Below, piece after piece: positions 18,568-25,840 of a DNA stretch of 36,095 bases. The stretch lies in the NCBI GenBank assembly GCA_018895015.1, contig JAHIOX010000025.1:1-36095 (forward strand), written 5' to 3'. Source of the stretch: Patescibacteria group bacterium (lineage in GTDB: Bacteria > Patescibacteriota > Minisyncoccia > UBA9983). The position numbers and the translations under genes are program-made. The notes beneath the pieces are model-generated. The model worked only from the letters and a program-made list of their open reading frames with translations. It made no database searches and was not told the DNA's origin. Within the stretch, counting starts at the first letter, position 1. Each line of letters begins with the position of its first letter.

Positions 18568-20934
18568 CTATTTTCTCACTTCCCATTCCGGATTTGATTC
18601 AATGGCTTTAAAAATTTTTCCCATAATCGCGTTTATTTCGCTGTCAGAAAGAGTCTTTTGGTAAGATTGAAATTTTAGATGGAACGCGAAAGATTTTCTG
18701 TTGTCTTTTTCAAAAATATCAAACAAATCAGCGTCTACCAAAAGCTTGCCCGCGATATTTTCTATAGTATCAAGAACTTCAATGACTTTTGTTTTTAACG
18801 AAACAAAAACCGCGATGTCGCGCGACGCGACAGGATACACGGAAATCGGCCTGAATTCCATTTCTTCGCTCGCCAATTTTATAAGCTCCTCAAAATTAAT
18901 CTCCCATCCCCATGATTGCGCGAATTTGTCTATATGCCCCACTGACGCATTCCCTATTCTAATATCCGCTGTTTTATTCGCATGCTCGGCAAAATAAAAA
19001 TCGCTGATACCGATTTTTTGCAAAATTACGCTAACAACGCCTTTTATTTCGTTAAAATCGCTATCCTTGAGCGCGCCTGCGAAAGAAAGAATCTCAAGAC
19101 TGAAAGCGGGAAAAATTTTCCCAATCTCAAAAATTTTAATCTTATCAAAATAACGGCTATTGTCTTTTATGCTAGTGTATAATCCGTCCAGCAAATTAGT
19201 CCGCAAAAACGCCTTGTCTTTCGCGATTGGATTCTGAAGCTCCATTTCGCCTTTATCGGAAAAAGAATAGTTATAAACTTCTGAAAATCCAAGCCCGACT
19301 AAAATATTTCTGGCGGCATCGGTGTAAAAATAATTGTCATTTCGTTTTGCCGGAATCAGCATGCCTTCGGGCATTTTCGGCTTAATATTTTCGTAGCCGA
19401 AAATCCTAGCCACCTCCTCAATCAAATCCTCTTTTATTCTCACGTCCAATCTTTCAAAAGGAACACCGGCAATAAGCAAATCGTCGCCGCTGTTAAACAT
19501 TCTTTTTATTGCTATGATGTTTTTAAACCGTTTTGAAGTTTTCAGATTTTCAATAAGAACGCCTCTGCTGTTATACCTTGATGAGTGAATAACTTTCCCG
19601 TTGCCTAAATATATTCCGCAATGGTCAATTCCCTCTTTTATTTTCATGCCTTTCATAAACTCCAACGATTCATAACGCGCTTTTCCGATTTTTGTATTTG
19701 AAAAAATCATATCTCCTGGCTGTATTTCTTTTTTATCAACAGATTCGCCGAAAAAATACTGGTCAACGGTCATTCTTGGAATTTGAATTCCGGAATGCGC
19801 GAAAACATAAGCCGCAAAAGAGGAGCAATCAAAGGCGTTCGGCGCGTCAAAACTTACGCTTGCCCCGTATTTATACGGCTTTCCTTCCAGACTTTTCGCG
19901 AGAGCCAAAATATTTTTCAGCGGATTTATTTTTTTTATCTCAAAACCCAAAGATTTTAAAATATCAATAATTTCTTTTTCGGGAATTTCAATGCCTAAAT
20001 TTTTTGAAACATCGCGGGGATGAATGCCGATCTTGTACTGATTCGCTTTTTTAGGATATATGTCAATTTTGGCAGCGGCTTTTCCTCCGGCTGTTTCTAA
20101 AATCAAACCGGCCAGCCTTTCAATCGCAGCCAGCGCGGTCTCAGGCGAAAGTTCATTTTCAAACCTTAAAGACGATTCGGTGCGCAGATTCAACCGGCGC
20201 ACGGTTTTTCTTATGTTAATCGGCTCAAAATTCGCCGCCTCCAAAATTATATTTTTTGTTCCGCCGTCAATCTCGGCTTTTTTGCCGCCCTTTACTCCGG
20301 CAATCGCCAAAACTCCTTTGTCATCCGCAATGACAAGCGTATCATCGCTCAACTCAAATTCCTGATTATCCAAGGTAATAATTTTTTCTCCTTTTTTCGC
20401 TTTTCTAACAATAATCGCTCCATCAACTTTATCCGCGTCAAATGCGTGCAATGGCTGACCCATTTCAAACATCACATAATTGGTTGCGTCCACAATATTA
20501 TTAATTGATTTTTGGCCAATGGCTTCCAATCTCTCCTTCATCCATTTAGGCGACGGCCCGACTTTCACGCCCTCAATCGCTATGCCAATATACCGTCTGC
20601 ATAACATCGGCTCTTCAACTTTTATTTCTAATTTTTTTGAAGTCTTGGAAATTGGAAATTTTTTGGAAATTGTCCACCAGCTGGCGGATTTGAAATTAGA
20701 AATTCTCATTATGGCTGCAAGCTCGCGAGCAACGCCAAAATGGCACAAACAGTCGTGCGCCCGATTCGGCAAAATATCAATATTCAACAGAAAGTCCGAC
20801 TTCCCGCTTGGAAGTCGGACTTTCAAGACGCTCTCAACTTCAAAACTATGCATAGTCAAAATCTCCGCCACTTTTTCCGGCTTCGGCAATTTTTTATCAA
20901 AATATGATTGCAACCAGTTATAAGATATTTTCAT
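18568..20934 (-). CDS. pheT: Phenylalanine--tRNA ligase beta subunit (no B2 OB-fold) with an internal NlpC/P60 domain
   Basis: MKISYNWL, ILPNRAHD, NNIVDATNYVMFEMGQPLHAFD, RLDVRIKEDLIEEVARIFGY, RDIAV FDX-ACB domain; about 145-aa insert in B5. Confidence 0.97.
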   Translation of the reverse strand: MKISYNWLQSYFDKKLPKPEKVAEILTMHSFEVESVLKVRLPSGKSDFLLNIDILPNRAHDCLCHFGVARELAAIMRISNFKSASWWTISKKFPISKTSKKLEIKVEEPMLCRRYIGIAIEGVKVGPSPKWMKERLEAIGQKSINNIVDATNYVMFEMGQPLHAFDADKVDGAIIVRKAKKGEKIITLDNQEFELSDDTLVIADDKGVLAIAGVKGGKKAEIDGGTKNIILEAANFEPINIRKTVRRLNLRTESSLRFENELSPETALAAIERLAGLILETAGGKAAAKIDIYPKKANQYKIGIHPRDVSKNLGIEIPEKEIIDILKSLGFEIKKINPLKNILALAKSLEGKPYKYGASVSFDAPNAFDCSSFAAYVFAHSGIQIPRMTVDQYFFGESVDKKEIQPGDMIFSNTKIGKARYESLEFMKGMKIKEGIDHCGIYLGNGKVIHSSRYNSRGVLIENLKTSKRFKNIIAIKRMFNSGDDLLIAGVPFERLDVRIKEDLIEEVARIFGYENIKPKMPEGMLIPAKRNDNYFYTDAARNILVGLGFSEVYNYSFSDKGEMELQNPIAKDKAFLRTNLLDGLYTSIKDNSRYFDKIKIFEIGKIFPAFSLEILSFAGALKDSDFNEIKGVVSVILQKIGISDFYFAEHANKTADIRIGNASVGHIDKFAQSWGWEINFEELIKLASEEMEFRPISVYPVASRDIAVFVSLKTKVIEVLDTIENIAGKLLVDADLFDIFEKDNRKSFAFHLKFQSYQKTLSDSEINAIMGKIFKAIESNPEWEVRK
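19495..19929 (-). other. NlpC/P60 domain inserted in PheT B5
   Basis: AKSLEGKPYKYGA...FDCSSFAAYVF...IQIPRMTVDQY...IQPGDMIF...DHCGIYLGNGKVIHSS...IKRM; Cys codon 19825-19827, His 19621-19623, His 19585-19587. Confidence 0.93.
20645..20704. repeat. TCCACCAGCTGGCGGA palindrome embedded in TT(G/A/T)GAAA heptamer repeats inside pheT
   Basis: Palindrome at 20673-20688; translates RISNFKSASWWTISKKFPISK in the B1-B3 linker. Confidence 0.75.
20790..20824. repeat. 15-bp perfect inverted repeat inside pheT
   Basis: GAAAGTCCGACTTCC-CGCTT-GGAAGTCGGACTTTC, encoding KVRLPSGKSDF. Confidence 0.9.
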
Positions 20935-20948
20935 AGCTATGCTATTCA

Positions 20949-20982
20949 GGAAACTGGATTTCCACTTGGAAATCCAGTTTCC
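20949..20982. repeat. 16-bp perfect inverted repeat between pheS and pheT
   Basis: GGAAACTGGATTTCCA-CT-TGGAAATCCAGTTTCC; no U-tract. Confidence 0.9.
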
Positions 20983-20993
20983 AAGTACAAGTA

Positions 20994-21767
20994 TTAAAAT
21001 TGCTTGATAAATCTTAAGTCGCTGGAATAAAATAATCTGACATCATTTATTTTGTATTTAATCATCGCCAATCGATCCATTCCCATTCCAAAAGCAAAAC
21101 CTTGCCAGTCATTAAAATTTAATCCGGCATTCTCCAAAACTCTTGGATGAACCATTCCGGCGCCGGCGACCTCCATCCACTTTCCATTGTATTTCATGTC
21201 AATTTCCACTCCGGGCTCCACAAAGGGAAAATAACTCGGCCGCAGGCGCACCTCAATATTTTTCTCAAAAAATATTTGAAAAAATATTTCCATTACGGCC
21301 TTAAGATTCGCGAGAGTGATATTTTTATCTACCATCAATCCCTCAAGCTGATAAAATTGAATTTCATGCGAAGCGTCAGTCGCCTCATACCTAAAAACCT
21401 TGCCTGGCGCGATAATTCTGATCGGCGGCTGATGTGTTTCTATATAACGAACTTGCACCGGACTCGTATGCGTCCTTAACAATAAATTTTGAGATTTGAG
21501 ATTCTTGCCCCGCTTGGCGGGATGAAAGATTTGAGATTTCTGGCGGAGCCAGAACGTGTCCCACAAATCCCTTGCCGGATGTTCCGCCGGAATATTCAAA
21601 GCGTCAAAATTATAATATTCTGTTTCAACCTCAGGGCCTTCCGCGATTTCAAAACCCATTGAAGAAAAAATCTCAATTGCCTTGTTCTGAACCTGCGTAA
21701 GCGGATGCAAATGCCCATGCTCAACCTTTTTCCCCGGCGCCGTAACGTCAATCCATTGTTTATTCAT
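20994..21767 (-). CDS. pheS: Phenylalanine--tRNA ligase alpha subunit, lacking the N-terminal coiled coil
   Basis: GHLHPL, NFDALNIPAEHPARD, LLRTHTSPVQ, FYQLEGL, YFPFVEP, GAGMVHP, FAFGMGMDRLAM. Confidence 0.98.
   Translation of the reverse strand: MNKQWIDVTAPGKKVEHGHLHPLTQVQNKAIEIFSSMGFEIAEGPEVETEYYNFDALNIPAEHPARDLWDTFWLRQKSQIFHPAKRGKNLKSQNLLLRTHTSPVQVRYIETHQPPIRIIAPGKVFRYEATDASHEIQFYQLEGLMVDKNITLANLKAVMEIFFQIFFEKNIEVRLRPSYFPFVEPGVEIDMKYNGKWMEVAGAGMVHPRVLENAGLNFNDWQGFAFGMGMDRLAMIKYKINDVRLFYSSDLRFIKQF
21487..21540. repeat. GATTTGA heptamers plus a CCCGC-TTG-GCGGG hairpin inside pheS
   Basis: Encodes QKSQIFHPAKRGKNLKSQN in the variable loop between DTF and LLRTHTS. Confidence 0.7.
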
Positions 21768-21774
21768 ATTCTAA

Positions 21775-21803
21775 ATTATAACTCTTTTATTTTTAATTAC
21801 CAA
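21775..21803 (-). promoter_or_regulatory. sigma70 promoter giving a probably leaderless pheS mRNA
   Basis: TTGGTA-17-TATAAT-7 nt-ATG. Confidence 0.6.
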
Positions 21804-21824
21804 TTACTCGTTACTCGTTACTTT
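21797..21824. repeat. 7-nt tandem repeat across the glycosyltransferase stop codon
   Basis: TTACCAA TTACTCG TTACTCG TTACTTT. Confidence 0.65.
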
Positions 21825-23342
21825 TTTATGTTTTGGTGTAGCCCAAAAGCCCATATACTTGCCAAGCAAAAGGCGAGTTTGAGAATCCACTCCGGGAATC
21901 GCTCCAAAAATTGGAATCGTTAATGGAATCAGAATCCATTGCAAAACCATAAATAAATATTTGTATTTCTTTTTCCGCGCCGGCATAGGCGGCAAAAGGC
22001 TCATTGAAATTATTGCCGACATAATCAAGCCAAGCATTGCCAAAGTCATCAAATTTCTTGTAACCCGCGGCAAATTATAAGAAAGCAAAGTTTTATTAAA
22101 ATTCTGGCCACCCAAGAAAAGAGGAAGCCACCCAAGAAAAAAAATTATCAGCGGGTTTGTCGCCAAGGACCAAAAACCCTCAATTTGCACGAACGCGAAT
22201 CTTAATTTTTTGCTTAATGAAATTTTTTTGTTTCTTAAAAAACCAAAAAGTATGTATGGCACATTTTCAACGCCCCAACTCCACCTCCTCTGCTGTTTGT
22301 ACACATTTTTTATCGTTCCTAAAAAAGTCGGCGCGAGATTGGCATCCAAAGACACGGGATAAGAAAGAGGCACCACTTGGTAATCTCCGTTAAAATGCAG
22401 CAACGAATTCCAAAAAATGCGCGAATCCTCGGAAACCATATTCTTCTGCCAATATCCAACTTCGTAAAGCGTCTTAAAACTCATTGAATGAGAGGAAAAT
22501 GTTGATAGCCTTTCAGGCCTTTCCTGCTGAATCATTTGCCAAAAAGTGCCTGATACTGCCACGACGCGCGAAAACGCGGGGGCGTCCCAAATATTATTGT
22601 TGTAAACCGGCACAGGCTGGAAAGAAGACCGGTACGGCTTTTCACAAGTCAAAAAATGCCAAGTGAGGCATAAAAAATACTGCGGATAGACGCGCGTGTC
22701 TATGTCAAAGGCAGAAACTAAAACATTTTCGTATTTAATATTATTTTTATCCAAAATTTTTTTTCTTGCCTCTTCGGCGGCATAAGCGATATTTGAACCT
22801 TTGCCCGGCATTTCCCCCTCAAGCCCGTCCGGATGTTTTACGGCTAAAAAATGCATAAATTTATTTCCGTATTTTTCATAAACACTCTTCACGACTTTTT
22901 CCGCTTCTTCCCCGGCCCTTTGCTCATAAGCAAGGATTATTATCATTTTGCCTTGCGGCCACTGAGACTCAACCAATTTTTCCATTGTGGCTAAAACCAC
23001 GTCCAAACCCTCTTTATAAAAAGGCAGTATTACCATTTGCAAAACATGGTCATATTTGATATTTTGAAGCCTTTTCTCCCAATCCATCTTTAAATAACCG
23101 CGCATTCTTTTCCAATTGACACGCAGATGCGCTGACAAATACACCGTTTTGACAAGCCAATATATGTCAAAAACAATTATAAAAAAGGCTGCCCACAAAG
23201 GAACAACCCATGCCATTAAAACAACTCCGAGCAAAGTTAGCCAGGTAAAAAAACCAGGCATGATTTCCAGCGCTCTGTAAATTTTTCTGTCTTTTCCTTT
23301 AAGCTCGCTAGCTCTTCCAACGCGCGAATATTCATAAAGCAT
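21804..23342 (-). CDS. Membrane-bound processive family 2 glycosyltransferase
   Basis: PFYKE, PGKGSN, FDIDT (DxD), VSEDS, QQRRW motifs; N- and C-terminal TM helices; start placed at ATG 23342 on promoter spacing. Confidence 0.85.
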   Translation of the reverse strand: MLYEYSRVGRASELKGKDRKIYRALEIMPGFFTWLTLLGVVLMAWVVPLWAAFFIIVFDIYWLVKTVYLSAHLRVNWKRMRGYLKMDWEKRLQNIKYDHVLQMVILPFYKEGLDVVLATMEKLVESQWPQGKMIIILAYEQRAGEEAEKVVKSVYEKYGNKFMHFLAVKHPDGLEGEMPGKGSNIAYAAEEARKKILDKNNIKYENVLVSAFDIDTRVYPQYFLCLTWHFLTCEKPYRSSFQPVPVYNNNIWDAPAFSRVVAVSGTFWQMIQQERPERLSTFSSHSMSFKTLYEVGYWQKNMVSEDSRIFWNSLLHFNGDYQVVPLSYPVSLDANLAPTFLGTIKNVYKQQRRWSWGVENVPYILFGFLRNKKISLSKKLRFAFVQIEGFWSLATNPLIIFFLGWLPLFLGGQNFNKTLLSYNLPRVTRNLMTLAMLGLIMSAIISMSLLPPMPARKKKYKYLFMVLQWILIPLTIPIFGAIPGVDSQTRLLLGKYMGFWATPKHKKVTSNE

Positions 23343-23344
23343 AA

Positions 23345-23378
23345 TTGCATTATATGCACAACGGGGGTATAATTTCAA
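23345..23378. promoter_or_regulatory. overlapping divergent sigma70 promoters
   Basis: Plus: TTGCAT-17-TATAAT-7-ATG(23381). Minus: TTGAAA-18-TATAAT-6-ATG(23342). Confidence 0.7.
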
Positions 23379-23380
23379 CG

Positions 23381-23827
23381 ATGAGCTTTGTTAATTATAT
23401 CTACATTATAAATATCGGCGTTGTTGCGCTTCTCGCACTCTGGATTTTAGCGATTGAATTGCGGCTGAAAAAAATTTTCAGGGGCGGCGGCTCTAAAAAT
23501 CTTGAGCAAACATTGTCTTCCTTTGGCGGCGAATTGAAAAAATTGGACATTTCCAGAGAAGAAACGGAAAAATATCTTATAACAGTGGAAAAGCGGCTTA
23601 GGCAAAGCGTCCAAAATGTCAACACAATTCGCTTTAATCCTTTTCAGGATTCAGGCTCAAACCAAAGCTTTGCCGTTGCTTTCCTGAATGAAAAAGGTGA
23701 CGGTGTTGTAATTTCAAGCCTGTATTCAAGAGAAAAGGTCAGCGTTTACGCCAAGCCGATTAAAAATTACGCTTCAGAATACACGCTTTCAGAAGAAGAA
23801 AAACAAGCAATAAATGAAATTAAATAA
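23381..23827 (+). CDS. DUF4446-family membrane-anchored protein
   Basis: N-terminal TM, coiled coil, IRFNPFQDSGSNQSFAVAFLNEKGDGVVISSLYSRE...YAKPI...LSEEE. Confidence 0.85.
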   Translation: MSFVNYIYIINIGVVALLALWILAIELRLKKIFRGGGSKNLEQTLSSFGGELKKLDISREETEKYLITVEKRLRQSVQNVNTIRFNPFQDSGSNQSFAVAFLNEKGDGVVISSLYSREKVSVYAKPIKNYASEYTLSEEEKQAINEIK

Positions 23828-25355
23828 AAACAACGATCTTATTCCAAGGTCCCCTGTTGTGGCAGTAATGGGCCATATTGACCACGGCAAATCAAAACTG
23901 CTTGACTTCATAAGGCAAACAAATATTGTTGAGAAGGAAGCGGGCGGAATCACGCAGCACATTGGCGCTTACGAAGCGGAAGTTAAATGCGAAGATGCCG
24001 CGCACGCGCCTGCCTGCGCAGGCAGGCATAAAACCAGAAAAATAACTTTCCTTGACACTCCGGGCCATGAAGCATTCTCTCAAATGCGCGTCAGAGGCGC
24101 CAAGGCGGCTGATGTGGCCATACTGGTTGTCGCAGCAGACGAAGGCCCAAAACCGCAAACCATTGAAGCGCACGAGGCAATAAAAAATATCGGCATTCCG
24201 TTTGTAATTGCCTTAAACAAAATTGACAAACCCAATGCAGAGCCGGAAAAAGTCAAAAGCCAGCTTGCTGAACACCAAATTTTCGTTGAAGGATACGGCG
24301 GGAATATTCCAACCGTAAATATTTCCGCTAAAACCGGGGAAGGCATTGATGATTTGCTGGATGTCGTTCTGCTTTTGGCGGAAATGGAAAATTTGCAAGC
24401 CAACCCAACGGAAAACGCTTCCGGCTTTGTAATTGAATCCAAGCTTGGGACAAAACGCGGCGTCTCTGCCACGCTTTTAATACAAAACGGAACAATGAAA
24501 AAAGGCATGCTTGTTGTTGCTGGAGAAGCCGTGGCGCCGGTAAAAATATTTGAAAACTTCCAGGGCCTGGCGGTTGAAAAAGCGACTTTCTCCTCTCCTA
24601 TAAGAATTTTCGGCTTTGACAAAATGCCGGAGGCGGGCGCCGAATTTAAAACTTTTAATTCCAAAAGGGAAGCGGAGGCGGCTATTGGCGCCTTCAAAGA
24701 AAAAAATCTTCCGGAAAAATCAAAATTTAAAAAAACGGAAATCGTTGAAGGCAAAATCGCCCTGCCAATCATTATAAAAGCTGATTTTTCTGGCTCATTG
24801 GAGGCGCTTGAAAAAGAAATTCTAAAACTGGAAAAAGAAGAAACCACGCTCGATATTTTACGAAAAGGAGTCGGCAATATCAATGAAAATGACGCGAGAC
24901 TTGCTTCCAGCGCGGAAAACGCGATTATAATCGGCTTTAATGTAAAAACTAACCCTGCCGCCAAAGAAATCGCGGAAAAATTCCGTGCGGACATTTTTAC
25001 CTCGGATATTATTTACAAAATAAGCGAATGGCTTGAAGAACAAATCAGCAAAAGAAAAAAACGCGAGACAGAAGAAAAAATAATCGGGACAGCGAAAATT
25101 TTAAAACTCTTCAGTAAAATAAAAAATAAGCAGCTTGTCGGAGGAATGGTAATTTCGGGGAAAATAGAGGCGGGCAAAACCATAAAAATAAAAAGGGGCG
25201 ATCTCGCGGCTGGCGAAGGGAAAATATTAGAGCTTCGGCGCAATAAAATCAAAGTAAAAGAGGTTGGCGAAGAAAATGAATTTGGCGCTATGATTGAAAG
25301 CAAAATTGAATTAGACAAAAACTGCGCCATTGAAATTATAGAAAAAATAAGTTAA
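23814..25355 (+). CDS. infB: Translation initiation factor IF-2 (no N-terminal domain)
   Basis: RSPVVAVMGHIDHGKS, EAGGITQHIGAY, FLDTPGHEAF, NKID, KADFSGSLEAL, IIGFNV. Confidence 0.98.
   Translation: MKLNKNNDLIPRSPVVAVMGHIDHGKSKLLDFIRQTNIVEKEAGGITQHIGAYEAEVKCEDAAHAPACAGRHKTRKITFLDTPGHEAFSQMRVRGAKAADVAILVVAADEGPKPQTIEAHEAIKNIGIPFVIALNKIDKPNAEPEKVKSQLAEHQIFVEGYGGNIPTVNISAKTGEGIDDLLDVVLLLAEMENLQANPTENASGFVIESKLGTKRGVSATLLIQNGTMKKGMLVVAGEAVAPVKIFENFQGLAVEKATFSSPIRIFGFDKMPEAGAEFKTFNSKREAEAAIGAFKEKNLPEKSKFKKTEIVEGKIALPIIIKADFSGSLEALEKEILKLEKEETTLDILRKGVGNINENDARLASSAENAIIIGFNVKTNPAAKEIAEKFRADIFTSDIIYKISEWLEEQISKRKKRETEEKIIGTAKILKLFSKIKNKQLVGGMVISGKIEAGKTIKIKRGDLAAGEGKILELRRNKIKVKEVGEENEFGAMIESKIELDKNCAIEIIEKIS
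24008..24027. repeat. 20-bp perfect palindrome inside infB
   Basis: GCCTGCCTGC|GCAGGCAGGC, encoding (A)PACAGR(H). Confidence 0.9.
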
Positions 25356-25365
25356 ATTAAATTTA

Positions 25366-25686
25366 ATGAAGACGCGGCAAGAGAAAGCCGGTTCCCTGCT
25401 AAGAAATCTCGCCGGCTCTTTTATAAAATTAGAAATAAGGTCAAGCGCGCTGCTTACTGCCGCGCGAGCGGAAATTTCGCCCGACCTTCGTCGCGCCAAA
25501 ATATTTGTCAGCGTTTTTCCCGAAGAAAATGAAAATGAAATTATCGGGCTTTTAAAAAAGAAAGAAAGAAAATTCCGCGATTTCATTAAACCGAAACTCA
25601 AATGGAAATTTCTGCCAACGGTTTCATTTGAAATAGACACTGGAGCAAAAATGGAAAGGCGCATAGACGAACTTTTAAAATTATGA
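25366..25686 (+). CDS. rbfA: Ribosome-binding factor A
   Basis: ISPDLRRAKIFVSV, LKWKFLPTVSFEID...RIDELL; follows infB. Confidence 0.9.
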   Translation: MKTRQEKAGSLLRNLAGSFIKLEIRSSALLTAARAEISPDLRRAKIFVSVFPEENENEIIGLLKKKERKFRDFIKPKLKWKFLPTVSFEIDTGAKMERRIDELLKL

Positions 25687-25720
25687 TGGCGCGGTGGCGA
25701 AGTGGTAACGCAACGGTCTG

Positions 25721-25840
25721 CCTGCCCGCCAATCGGCCTGAGCCGTTATGGTCTGGTAGCCAAGTGGTAAGGCAAGAGTCTGCAAAACTCTTACACGGGA
25801 GTTCGATTCTCCCCCAGACCTCAAGGCGATGGCAGGCGGG
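25721..25840. mobile_element. inverted-repeat element carrying a tRNA gene, inserted in the tRNA-Cys anticodon
   Basis: Left arm GCCTGCCCGCCAATCGGCCTGAG (25720-25742) is near-complementary to right arm CTCAAGGCGATGGCAGGCGGGC (25820-25841); GC duplicated at the junctions. Confidence 0.75.
25750..25821 (+). tRNA. tRNA-Cys(GCA), intact, nested inside the interrupted tRNA-Cys
   Basis: GGTCTGG TA GCC AAGTGGTAA GGC A AGAGT CTGCAAA ACTCT TACAC GGGAG TTCGATT CTCCC CCAGACC T; U73; no encoded CCA. Confidence 0.96.

Noticed and set aside
19495-19929. Intein in PheT
   Set aside because: No N-terminal Cys/Ser block A, no His-Asn C-terminus and no LAGLIDADG; the motifs are NlpC/P60.
24080-24994. 304-aa antisense ORF in infB (and the 240-aa one at 26920-27642)
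   Set aside because: In-register antisense frames rich in Ser/Phe, a typical consequence of codon bias.
23814-25355. Short IF2 (and TGS-less ThrS) as pseudogenes
   Set aside because: Frames and catalytic motifs are intact; N-terminal trimming is expected in reduced genomes.
25721-25840. Self-splicing group I intron in tRNA-Cys
   Set aside because: Only 120 nt, 72 of which are a tRNA; no room for the P3-P9 core and no recognisable conserved core sequences.
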